A stretch of 64,000 nucleotides of DNA from Dehalococcoidia bacterium (GTDB lineage: Bacteria > Chloroflexota > Dehalococcoidia > Lucifugimonadales > SHYF01): assembly GCA_965248595.1 (NCBI GenBank), contig CBDFJM010000004.1:22833-86832 (forward strand), read 5' to 3'. Both the position numbers and the translations under genes were made by a program. Positions 38,286 to 49,230 of this stretch are shown one piece after another; the first letter of the stretch is position 1; the number at the start of each line of letters is the position of its first letter. The notes under the pieces were generated by a model. That model saw only the letters and a program-made list of their open reading frames with translations, had not been told where the DNA came from and searched no databases.

Positions 38286-38437
38286 AATGTTGCTGAAAAA
38301 GGGAAGTCCAGAGGGGCGAAGCCCCTTTGGTGGGGGACTGGGGGTATCCCCCAGATAAACTTCTCACCCCCTTCCTGGCCAGGAAGGGGGCCAGGGGGAT
38401 GGTCGCCCAGACGTGTCGGGGGTCATCACCCTGCTAG
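38286..38437. repeat. Intergenic multi-hairpin repeat, possible MITE
   Basis: GAGGGGCGAAGCCCCTT, CTGGGGGtatCCCCCAG and CCCCCTTCCTggccAGGAAGGGGG hairpins; bounded by TGCTGAAAAA and CATCACCCTGCTAG. Confidence 0.6.
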
Positions 38438-38448
38438 AGGTGACAGCT

Positions 38449-39366
38449 ATGGAGACCGCCGAGCTAAACGTAGTAACGGGTGCCTTTGGTTACATTGGCA
38501 AGTACGTCACACGGAGGCTCCTTTCCCAGGGGAAGCGTGTCAGGACACTGACCAATCACCCAGGCCAGGGGGACGTCTTCCACCAGAAAGTAGACATCGC
38601 GCCCCTGGACTTCCAGAGGCCAGAGCAACTGGTTGACAGCCTACGTGGCGCTACAACCCTGTATAACACCTACTGGGTGCGCTTTCCACATGGTCAGACT
38701 ACCTTCGAGAGCGCAATAGACAACACCAGGACCCTAGTGAAGGCCGCTCTGGAGGCGGGTATCCGCAGAATAGTGCACGTGAGTATCACCAACGCCTCGG
38801 AGGATTCGCCGCTTCCGTACTTCAGAGGCAAAGGGGTTGTGGAACGGGCCATAATGGATTCGGGTTTGTCGTATGCTATTGTCAGACCCACGGTGGTCTT
38901 TGGAGACGAGGACATTCTAATCAATAACATGGCCTGGCTCCTCAAGCGGTTTCCACTGTTCGCCATGTTTGGCTCAGGAGACTACCGTCTGCAGCCAGTG
39001 TATGTGGAAGACCTGGCTCAGATCGCCGTAGACGCTGGGCAGCAGAGTGATGACATGGTGTTGGATGCCGTTGGCCCGGAGGTGTACACCTTTGAGGAGC
39101 TGGTTAGGCTTATCGCCGCCAGAACGCGTAGCAGGGCCAGGATCGTCCGTCTGCGACCAGGGCTGGCGCTTCTCCTGGGGAAGCTGATGGGCTACGGCGT
39201 GAGGGATGTGATAGTGACTCGCGACGAGGTCCGCGGGCTGATGTCGAGCCTTCTGCTTTCCCAAGGGCCGCCCACAGGTCAGACGCGCCTTAGCGACTGT
39301 CTTGAACAGCACGCCGAGACTGTAGGTAGAAGGTATGCTTCCGAGCTGGCCAGGCACTATCGGTAG
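38449..39366 (+). CDS. NAD(P)-dependent epimerase/dehydratase (NDUFA9-like SDR)
   Basis: VTGAFGYIG Rossmann motif, Y...K, RPTVVFG, QPVYVEDLA. Confidence 0.88.
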   Translation: METAELNVVTGAFGYIGKYVTRRLLSQGKRVRTLTNHPGQGDVFHQKVDIAPLDFQRPEQLVDSLRGATTLYNTYWVRFPHGQTTFESAIDNTRTLVKAALEAGIRRIVHVSITNASEDSPLPYFRGKGVVERAIMDSGLSYAIVRPTVVFGDEDILINNMAWLLKRFPLFAMFGSGDYRLQPVYVEDLAQIAVDAGQQSDDMVLDAVGPEVYTFEELVRLIAARTRSRARIVRLRPGLALLLGKLMGYGVRDVIVTRDEVRGLMSSLLLSQGPPTGQTRLSDCLEQHAETVGRRYASELARHYR

Positions 39367-39395
39367 GGTGTCCGAGGGTAAGTTAGGTGAACCAG

Positions 39396-40298
39396 ATGGC
39401 AAAGTGGTTGGAACTGAGCATTCGTACCACCCCGGAGTACGTGGAGCCGCTCTCTGAGCTGTTCCGGCGCTACGGCGAAGGTAGTGTGGTCGTGGAGGAG
39501 GAGGGTGATTGGGACCCGGACAACGATCCATCCGATCCGGGGCCGCCAACCTCCGTGGTAGTGAAGACGTATATGCCAGTGGATGCCACTACTGCTAATC
39601 GGCGCGGCATGATAGATGTGGGCGTCCGGCTGGTCTCTCTCTTGCAGCCGATGGATGGCCTTCAGGAGCGGTTTCTGGAGGAAGGGGAGTGGGAAGCCGC
39701 GTGGAAGGCCCACTTCACTCTGCTGCGAGTAGGGAAGCGCCTGATTATCAAGCCTACGTGGCAGGAGTACGCCCCCGCTGCGGGAGAGGTGTTGGTGGAG
39801 CTAGACCCTGGGATGGCCTTCGGCACAGGGCACCATCCTACTACGCGTATGTGTCTGGAAGAGCTGGAGCGGCGACTGAGACCCGGAATGCATGTCCTTG
39901 ACCTGGGCACAGGATCAGGCATCCTGGCCATCGCCGCCGCCAAGCTGGGCGCCGCCAGCGTCTTTGCCCTGGACGTGGACTCTGCGGCTATTAAGGCTGC
40001 TGGCGACAATATCCGGCACAACCGCGTCGCCAGGAAGGTCCGGCTGTTTGCAGGGACCCTGCCTAACCCAAAGGTCTTGCCGGGCAGCATGGATCTGGTG
40101 GTTGCCAACATTACTGCCAGGGCCATTGCGGAGGTGGCGCAGCCCATAGCTGAGGCCCTGGCGCCAGGAGGCGTGTTGATCGCCTCCGGCATCATCATGG
40201 AGAGGCAGGGCGAGGCGGAAACAGCCTTACAAGGGGTGATGTCCATCTGTGAGAGGCGCACCGACGGCGACTGGGTGACCCTGGTGGCGGAGCGGTAG
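39396..40298 (+). CDS. prmA: Ribosomal protein L11 methyltransferase
   Basis: DPGMAFGTGHHPTT, LDLGTGSGILAI, VVANI; located downstream of dnaJ. Confidence 0.95.
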   Translation: MAKWLELSIRTTPEYVEPLSELFRRYGEGSVVVEEEGDWDPDNDPSDPGPPTSVVVKTYMPVDATTANRRGMIDVGVRLVSLLQPMDGLQERFLEEGEWEAAWKAHFTLLRVGKRLIIKPTWQEYAPAAGEVLVELDPGMAFGTGHHPTTRMCLEELERRLRPGMHVLDLGTGSGILAIAAAKLGAASVFALDVDSAAIKAAGDNIRHNRVARKVRLFAGTLPNPKVLPGSMDLVVANITARAIAEVAQPIAEALAPGGVLIASGIIMERQGEAETALQGVMSICERRTDGDWVTLVAER

Positions 40299-40343
40299 GC
40301 GCCTCTGCCAGGGGTGTAGTGTCCGATGAGCAAAGCTCATCGA

Positions 40344-40399
40344 GGTCCGATAAATCGAGATTCCCGGCGGAGTCGGAACTCGCGACACAGTCGGAGGTG
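40344..40399 (+). repeat. ~55-bp dispersed structured repeat, copy A
   Basis: TCCGATAAATCGAGATTCCCGGCGGAGTCGGAACTCGCGACACAGTCGGAGGTG; near-identical at 51280..51333. Confidence 0.75.
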
Positions 40400-40426
40400 T
40401 CCCACAGGTTCAACGCCCGGACTCTG

Positions 40427-42979
<2,553 letters not shown>

Positions 42980-43133
42980 CTACCCCAGATAGAGGGGTTG
43001 CTACGCTACCGTGTTGTTATGCTGGGCAAAAAACCGCGAGGAAGGGGACGCGCAAAGCAGAGGATTAAAAAGGGATAAGACCAATCTGGTGCAACCTTCG
43101 CGTCTCCCTGCAATCGCTTCTGCCTGAGATACA

Positions 43134-43162
43134 AGTTTAGCACAAAGCCTAGATGTTGTCAA
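43134..43162 (-). promoter_or_regulatory. gyrB promoter
   Basis: TTGACA-N17-TAAACT with extended TG on the minus strand. Confidence 0.65.
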
Positions 43163-43249
43163 AAGTTTTTGGCATCCACTTTCAGGGGTTTGGGTGGGCC
43201 TGCACCTTGGCTTACCCTTCACCAGTCGAAAGAGTCTCCCATCACCTCG

Positions 43250-44551
43250 CTAAGTGGATTTGCGCCCTTTGGGTCCCGTTTCCGGCAGGAACATTCCACA
43301 CAAGAAGAGAGTGATGGGCAGCGGAGCCACTATGCTTAGGCCCAGTGGCAGCGAACCGGTGGCCTGATACATCAACCCGACGAAGAATGGTCCCACGGTG
43401 GCGCCCACAGGAAACAGGGTGCGCATCAGTCCAAAGGCCACAGACACCTCCCGCTGGTTCAGCCCCATGTCCAGGGGCATGGTGAACAGGACCGGGGGCA
43501 CCGCCATAGCCAGTGCTCCCGTTCCCATGAGCAGTAGTATAAGCACCGGCACCTGGTCGGTGTGTAGCAGGGCCGTGTACATGATGGGAAGGATCAGGCC
43601 AGGTAACCAGATAAACGGCTTCCTCCGTCCTATAGCCTGGGATAGCGGGCCTGAAAGTAGCGCCCCCACTATTTGGCCTACGGGAAACCCACTCATGATC
43701 AGGCCTATGGTGGTGAGAGAGAGGCCCAGCCGGTCTAGGGCGTAGGTGGGAAAGAAGCTTACGAAGCTGGCGAAGGCCACCGCCGCGCCAATCTGCGAGG
43801 CTGCCATCAACCATAACACCTTGTACCTTCGTAGCACGCCGGCAGGACTCCCAAGGGCTGAAAGGGGCGCGCCCGCTCTTGCCGGCCTTTGCCGTTCGCG
43901 TCCTCCAAGCGCCCATACCAGGGAGAATGCTACCATGCCTATGGCGATAGCCAAGTAGAACTGTCGCCAGCTACCAAGCAGCACGATCAAAGGAGGCGTG
44001 GCGGCCAGGGCCAGCACCTGGCCCACCGACCGGGTGCTGAAGTCCAGGCTGTTGATGGTGGAGTATAGCCTGGGCACGAACCATTGCTGGAGAAACATAA
44101 CCTGCATCTGGAGCCGGCTTACCGTCAGGAACACAAAGGCAAGGCGGCCTATCAATAGCAGCTCCACCGAAGGGGCAAACGCCTGAAATACTGCCAGGAG
44201 GGCCATGCCCAGGGCGCACGCCAGGGTTACTCGCCGTGGGTTGTACTTGGTCAGCCATATGGCCGCGGGCAGCGCCATGATGCCGAATCCCAGGAATCCC
44301 GCCGCGCCCAGAAGCCCCGCTTGAAAGGGCGTTACACCCAGTTCCTCCCTCCAGATGGGCAGCAGGATGCCTATGGAGAAGAACACCAAGGTCGCCATCA
44401 GGTCCATGCCCCACAGCATGGACATCACCACCCACGCATAGCGTGGCTGGCGCTCTACCGCAGCGGCGCTGGTTACGGGACCACTCACAGGGGCCTTACA
44501 TCCGTGGAAGGATAGGTGGAGGACTTGCGGCGAACGCCGCAGACATTTCAT
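43250..44551 (-). CDS. MFS transporter
   Basis: About 12 TMs, RYAWVV N-terminus, GPLSQAIGRRK, LPETG end; start uncertain. Confidence 0.87.
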   Translation of the reverse strand: MKCLRRSPQVLHLSFHGCKAPVSGPVTSAAAVERQPRYAWVVMSMLWGMDLMATLVFFSIGILLPIWREELGVTPFQAGLLGAAGFLGFGIMALPAAIWLTKYNPRRVTLACALGMALLAVFQAFAPSVELLLIGRLAFVFLTVSRLQMQVMFLQQWFVPRLYSTINSLDFSTRSVGQVLALAATPPLIVLLGSWRQFYLAIAIGMVAFSLVWALGGRERQRPARAGAPLSALGSPAGVLRRYKVLWLMAASQIGAAVAFASFVSFFPTYALDRLGLSLTTIGLIMSGFPVGQIVGALLSGPLSQAIGRRKPFIWLPGLILPIMYTALLHTDQVPVLILLLMGTGALAMAVPPVLFTMPLDMGLNQREVSVAFGLMRTLFPVGATVGPFFVGLMYQATGSLPLGLSIVAPLPITLFLCGMFLPETGPKGRKST

Positions 44552-44590
44552 TGTACACGGCGGCGCCCCGTTTGCGCAGCGGCCAAGCTA

Positions 44591-44850
44591 TCCGCTCATG
44601 TCCTTCGACAGGCTCAGGATGAGCGGAGGGCTAGACATGTCATTCTGCCTCTCCACTGTCATTCTGCCTCTCCACTGTCATTCTGAGCGAAGCGAAGAAT
44701 CTTGCTTGCCTTTGAGGGCATATGCCCTAACCTAGTGCCCTGGTAGTTGAAGGCGGACAAGATTCTTCGGCCGCCCCGACCGCGTCGAGACTCCCTCAGA
44801 ATGACATAAACGGTGCCCTAGATGCTTCGGTCTCTGCCCTCAGCATGACA
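44591..44850. repeat. Cluster of palindromic intergenic repeats
   Basis: TCCGCTCAT..CCTTCGACAGGCTCAGG..ATGAGCGGA hairpin; tandem 19-mer TGTCATTCTGCCTCTCCAC x2; GTCATTCTGAGCGAAGCGAAGAATCT...AGATTCTTCG...CTCAGAATGAC; extra half copy to 44850. Confidence 0.75.
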
Positions 44851-44898
44851 CGATGATGTAGTTCCCTTACCCCCTGCCATCCTCCTCTTCCGCAGACC

Positions 44899-44912
44899 AG
44901 AACATATATTCT
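44899..44912. promoter_or_regulatory. Putative LexA (SOS) box
   Basis: AGAACATATATTCT, one mismatch to AGAAC-N4-GTTCT, about 45 bp upstream of the capsid ATG. Confidence 0.5.
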
Positions 44913-44955
44913 ACTATCCTCCCGTGGTCCAAAACTGATTCAGGAGGAAACCTAT

Positions 44956-45255
44956 ATGGCACTAACCCTTGCCGAAGCCGCCAAGCTCTCCAACGACCTG
45001 CTCCTGGCCGGCGTCATAGAGTCCATCATCAAGGAAAGCCCTGTCCTGCAGGCGCTGCCCTTCATAGAGATAGTGGGCGACGCCTGGGCCGAGTCCACGC
45101 CCACATTTACCCAGATCACCACGGCCCTCACCATCCTGGGCGGCGACGCCGATGTGGACAACTACCTGAAGGCCACACGCTCCAACGTCCAGGATCTGGA
45201 GGCTGCCGTGGTGGAACTGAAGGCCAAGGCCCTCCGCGATAAGTTCGAGGAGACT
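44956..45255 (+). pseudogene. Phage major capsid protein N-terminus, truncated
   Basis: AGGAGG RBS; MALTLAEAAKLSND...LPFIEIVG...LGGDADVDNYLKATRSNVQDLEAAV recalled as a Dehalococcoidia-type capsid; similarity ends at KFEET. Confidence 0.7.
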
Positions 45256-45282
45256 AGCAGGACAGTCTGGCAATACTATGTG

Positions 45283-46848
45283 CTATCGAGGCAGCAGCTC
45301 AGCTACGCCAGGCCGCCACTCAATGCGATACCGCCCCCTACCCTCAACCACTACCCGCTGAACCAGCACCGCAAGAGCCTCTTTCCAGGCCTGAGTAACG
45401 AAGTCGGCCCAGTCCACGTGCCCCAAGAAGGTAAGGACCTCGCCTGTACTGACATCAAGAGCCGCGGTTCTTCCCAGTGTGGCGAGGGTGGTGTCAAGGG
45501 CTTGAATCTGTGCTTCCTTCTCTTGACGCATCTCTGCGTAGAGTGAGGCCGGAATCTCTTCCCGCACCAGCCGCCAGGAGAGAGATTTCAAGTCGGCAAC
45601 ATGGGCGTCTCTCTGGTCTTGAAGGGACTTTCGCCGGGCCTCGACGTCACCCATTTGACCTCTCAGGAGTCGCCGCGCTTCCACTTGGGCGGAGTCGCGA
45701 TCCTCTGCAGAAATGGGCAGGCGCATCAGCTGGGCTTTGACCCACTTCTCTATGCCTGCCCCTCCGTGGTACCTGTCATTTGGGCAGTCTCGAAAGGTCT
45801 CATAATGATAGCAGCGATATGTGACGTAGTAGTAGCGTCCTGGCCCCTGGCCGTACCTGCCAGCCTTCCTCCATCGTGGTCTTCCCACCATCTTGGAGCC
45901 ACACGTTCCACAATACAGTACCCCAGTGAGCAATGGCCTGCCGTGGGTAAGGACTCCGTATGATGTTTGGTGCCTATCTAATAGCTCCGCACACTTGCGA
46001 AAGGTTTCATGGTCAACTATGGGCTCGTGCTGTCCTTTGGCGACAACCCATTCGCTCTCAGGGCGACGCCCCTTCTTTTCGAATTTGGAATGGCTGGTCT
46101 TGTTGTACGACACCTGGCCTACGTAAGCGACGTTCCGCAGCAGCGTGCCGATGTTGGACCTAGCAATGGGCCTACCTGTGTGAGACGCGAGACCCATGGC
46201 ATCTGCCTCTCGTACCAATGCGTTCAAAGAGTAGGCCCCGGTGGCATACAGCTGAAATAGCCGAGCGACCTTAGGGGCCTTCTCAGGATCAGGGGCCAGG
46301 CGTTTGGGTAGCTTTCGGCCTGAGCGGGCATCCCCTACTGGCTCCAATACGTAGCCTACAGGTGGACGGGATACCCATAGCCCATCCTGTACTCGCCGAA
46401 TGTGTGCGGGCTTGACCTTCTGGCCCAGTTCATAGCTATACTAGTCTGATAGCACAAACTGAATGTTTCTTTCCAGGCGGCCAGCATGAGGACTGGAAAC
46501 TGCCACGACGTTGACCCCCAAGGCCTCTAATTTGGCGATGTCCGCTGGAGACTGAGCGATGTCACGGCCAAATCGGGAGAAGTCATAGACCAGCACCACG
46601 TCGAACCTGCCATCTATGGCGTCATGCAGCATGCGCTGGTAGTGCTCTCGCGGAGCGTAGCTGCTTTCGTCGTCAACATACTCCTGTTCCAGCAACCACC
46701 CCTGGGCCTGGGCGTATTCCCGACAGGCATCCCGCTGCACGGCCAAAGACACGCCTTCCTGGGCTTGCCTGTCGGTACTGACTCGGCAGTAAGAGACTGC
46801 CCTGGGCGGCGCTGCTACCGCCGTGGATGTTGAGCCGCTATTCCTCAT
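45283..46848 (-). pseudogene. Large serine recombinase with in-frame TAG at 46441
   Basis: YCRVSTDRQ, SRFGRD, PPVGY, HEPIVD, LLTGVLYCGTCGSKM Zn ribbon, coiled coil; the two ORFs share one frame. Confidence 0.88.
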
Positions 46849-47753
46849 ATGTGATCTCCTTCCTCCGTTTGGTTGGCTTCGTCGTTTGATTCCGTCAGGT
46901 GTACAACGATAGTTGGGGTAGTGCTTGCATCAGGACGGGCAGCCTGCGCCTGGGCATAGGCATGGAGTCCATCGGCTACGCCCTGACGTTGCTCTTTAGA
47001 GAGGCCAGACCAGGTGTCCCGCTCGCTTACGATACGGAGATGCCAGGCGTAAATCAAATCGGCGTCCCTACCCAGCTCTCCTGAGTGGCTCAACCTCAAC
47101 TGATCCTCTACTTCCCACCCTGCCCATGCACCTACAGGCTCCCCAGGCATACCAGTATCAGCGTCGTACACGAATACCCCCATCGCAACCGCGGCGTTAT
47201 ATTCCCCGTCCGGCAGGGCCAAAACTGCGTCCCATCTAATCGTCGTTGAAGGCTTGCCAAGCGCATCGTCGGCCTGTTCTGTAAGTGCATACCTGTACGC
47301 ATATCTATACAACAGTCCCGGTTTGACCTCCTTGGCCAGGACGTACACCAGCCTGGACACCCACCACGCCTCTCGGTTGGTGAATGTCCGGCCTACTGCC
47401 AGGCACCACCTCCAAACGTCCAGCAACGCCTTGTTATTCTCAGGGGGGATTCCCAACTTCGCCCCAGTTCCCAGGCTCCAGCGGGCATCTAGCTCTCTTT
47501 CTTGCTCCAACAGGCCACGCAGTCCATCCCTCATCTTCGTCAAGACATCCTGGACTTTTCTCACACTTGGCATAGCGTTCTCATCCAATGAACGCTCCTC
47601 TTGAGTAGCCTGCTTCCGTAGCTCCCCCAACAAGGCGGCATGGACTTCCTTGCCAGTCGGCTCCAGGCCGTTCTGCCGTGACAGAGCGAGGAAGAGCTGC
47701 CCTATCCGCTGTTCCATCCACCCCGGCGTTCTGGGTCCTCGTTTCCCCGGCAT
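46845..47753 (-). CDS. Hypothetical protein, putative DNA-binding regulator
   Basis: GGAG RBS, MPGKRGPR start, HTH-like PTGKEVH...PSVRKVQ; ATGA-coupled to the recombinase. Confidence 0.6.
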   Translation of the reverse strand: MPGKRGPRTPGWMEQRIGQLFLALSRQNGLEPTGKEVHAALLGELRKQATQEERSLDENAMPSVRKVQDVLTKMRDGLRGLLEQERELDARWSLGTGAKLGIPPENNKALLDVWRWCLAVGRTFTNREAWWVSRLVYVLAKEVKPGLLYRYAYRYALTEQADDALGKPSTTIRWDAVLALPDGEYNAAVAMGVFVYDADTGMPGEPVGAWAGWEVEDQLRLSHSGELGRDADLIYAWHLRIVSERDTWSGLSKEQRQGVADGLHAYAQAQAARPDASTTPTIVVHLTESNDEANQTEEGDHI

Positions 47754-47764
47754 GTCATTCTCCA

Positions 47765-47795
47765 GTTTGTGCGTAATGACGAGTTGCGCACAAAC
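47765..47795. promoter_or_regulatory. Palindromic operator in divergent promoter region
   Basis: GTTTGTGCGTAA-N7-TTGCGCACAAAC (1 mismatch). Confidence 0.55.
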
Positions 47796-47866
47796 GGTAC
47801 ATAGGGCTTGCACAGTGTCTAGATAGCAGCCTACACTAATGCGTAAGAAATGTAAAGGGGGACAGT

Positions 47867-48070
47867 ATGCCGATACAACAGATGGTTCAGGCCGAGGTGA
47901 TCGTCGGAGTCGGAGCGGCGGCTCGGGTACTATCCGTATCTCGCCCGACCGTCCACAACTACTTGAGGGAGGGGCGGTTCCCTGGTGCGTTTCAGCTACC
48001 TACTGGAGTTTGGCGTATTCCGCTCGCGAATATCGAAGTTTTGCGGCAGCAGCCTTTCAAGGACAGTTAG
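47867..48070 (+). CDS. Excisionase/AlpA-like HTH protein
   Basis: AAARVLSVSRPTVHNYLREGRFPGAFQLPTGVWRIP. Confidence 0.8.
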   Translation: MPIQQMVQAEVIVGVGAAARVLSVSRPTVHNYLREGRFPGAFQLPTGVWRIPLANIEVLRQQPFKDS

Positions 48071-48077
48071 CGATCCA

Positions 48078-48227
48078 ATGATACCTACCCTGGCAGCAGT
48101 CTTAGCTCGGTTGGCCTTGCGGCTGGCCCGGACCAGGGAGACCCGTCAAGGAGGGAGTGGAGCAGAGTGTTGCGTCTCGGGAACGAAGCCGCCGGCCTTA
48201 GGCAAGAGTGCTAAGAAGGAGATGTAG
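48078..48227 (+). CDS. Small hypothetical protein
   Basis: 49-aa ORF packed between the HTH gene and the next start. Confidence 0.35.
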   Translation: MIPTLAAVLARLALRLARTRETRQGGSGAECCVSGTKPPALGKSAKKEM

Positions 48228-48228
48228 A

Positions 48229-48348
48229 ATGGTCACAGCCACAACGGAGCGGGGCAAGACATCCGTCCCGGTTGCAGGACAAGGAATCGTCAGGGACGGT
48301 GCAGGTAGGCCGCTTGAACAGCAACTACTGGGACCGGTGTCCGACTTA
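48229..48348 (+). pseudogene. 5' part of putative Rep-like gene, split by IS1380
   Basis: AAGGAG RBS; joins in frame through TTA to 63069..63429(-). Confidence 0.6.
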
Positions 48349-49230
48349 GCCCGAATCCACCGAAGGAGGGCGTCGGGTCAGTGTCCTGAAGCGGCAAGAG
48401 GGTGCTCCGTGAATCTGGGATAATGGTTTTGAAACAGCAAAGCCGACCCCAGAACAAGGAGCACCCAATAGATGCTACCACGCAACCATCCCGATCGCAT
48501 CCAAATCGCGTTTGACGACCACCGCCTCGTGGCCAATGCTGGGCTGCTGCTCCCGGTGACCCTAGCCCAGCACCTGGGCCTGCGTGAAGTCGTCGACAGC
48601 CACGTCGACCTGGGAGACGCGCCGGGGCGGGCGAACCCGGGAGACAAGCTGCTGAGCCTGGTGGCCTCGGCGCTGGCTGGGGGCGACTTCATTGACGACG
48701 CCGACGTGTTGCGTACCGGCGGGACAGCTGGCGCCATCGGCTGCGTAGTCAAGGCGCCATCCACCCTGGGAACTTTCCTGCGCAGCTTCCGGTGGGGCCA
48801 CGTCCGCCAGTTGGATCGGGTGAGCCGGGAGCTGCTGTCCCGGGCCTGGGCCGCTGGTGCGGGACCCGGTGAAGGGCCGTTGACCATCGACCTAGACTCC
48901 ACCATGTGCGAGACCTACGGACTGGCCAAGGAGGGGGCGCGTCACCATGGTTACACTGGCCAGCGGGGCTATCACCCGCTGCTGGCCATCGCCGCCGGCA
49001 CCGGCGACGTGCTGATGTCTCGGCTTCGCGAGGGCCGGGCCAACACCGTTCGTGGCGCCGCCCACTTCCTGCGGGAGACCGTGGGCCGGGTGCGCCATGC
49101 TGGGGCTACAGGACAACTCACGGTGCGGGCCGACAGCGGCTTCTATGCCCACGCCCTGGTCGTCGTCTGCCGCGAGATGGATGTCCGCTTCTCCCAACCC
49201 CAAGGCCGCTCCGCATCGGTGGATTCGGGC
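48349..49230 (+). mobile_element. IS1380-family element with ~830-bp internal deletion
   Basis: Both IRs intact; the transposase jumps from ...CGCTTCTCC to CAACCCCAAGG near the right end. Confidence 0.9.

Noticed and set aside
44638-44685. Tandem 19-mer as a possible CRISPR array
   Set aside because: Only about 2.5 adjacent units, no spacers and no cas genes; it is a local duplication at a repeat end
45256-45546. C-terminal half of the 196-aa ORF as real capsid sequence
   Set aside because: It is read-through into the antisense strand of the recombinase gene
44956-48348. Intact prophage
   Set aside because: No terminase, portal, tail or lysis genes; the capsid and recombinase genes are both broken
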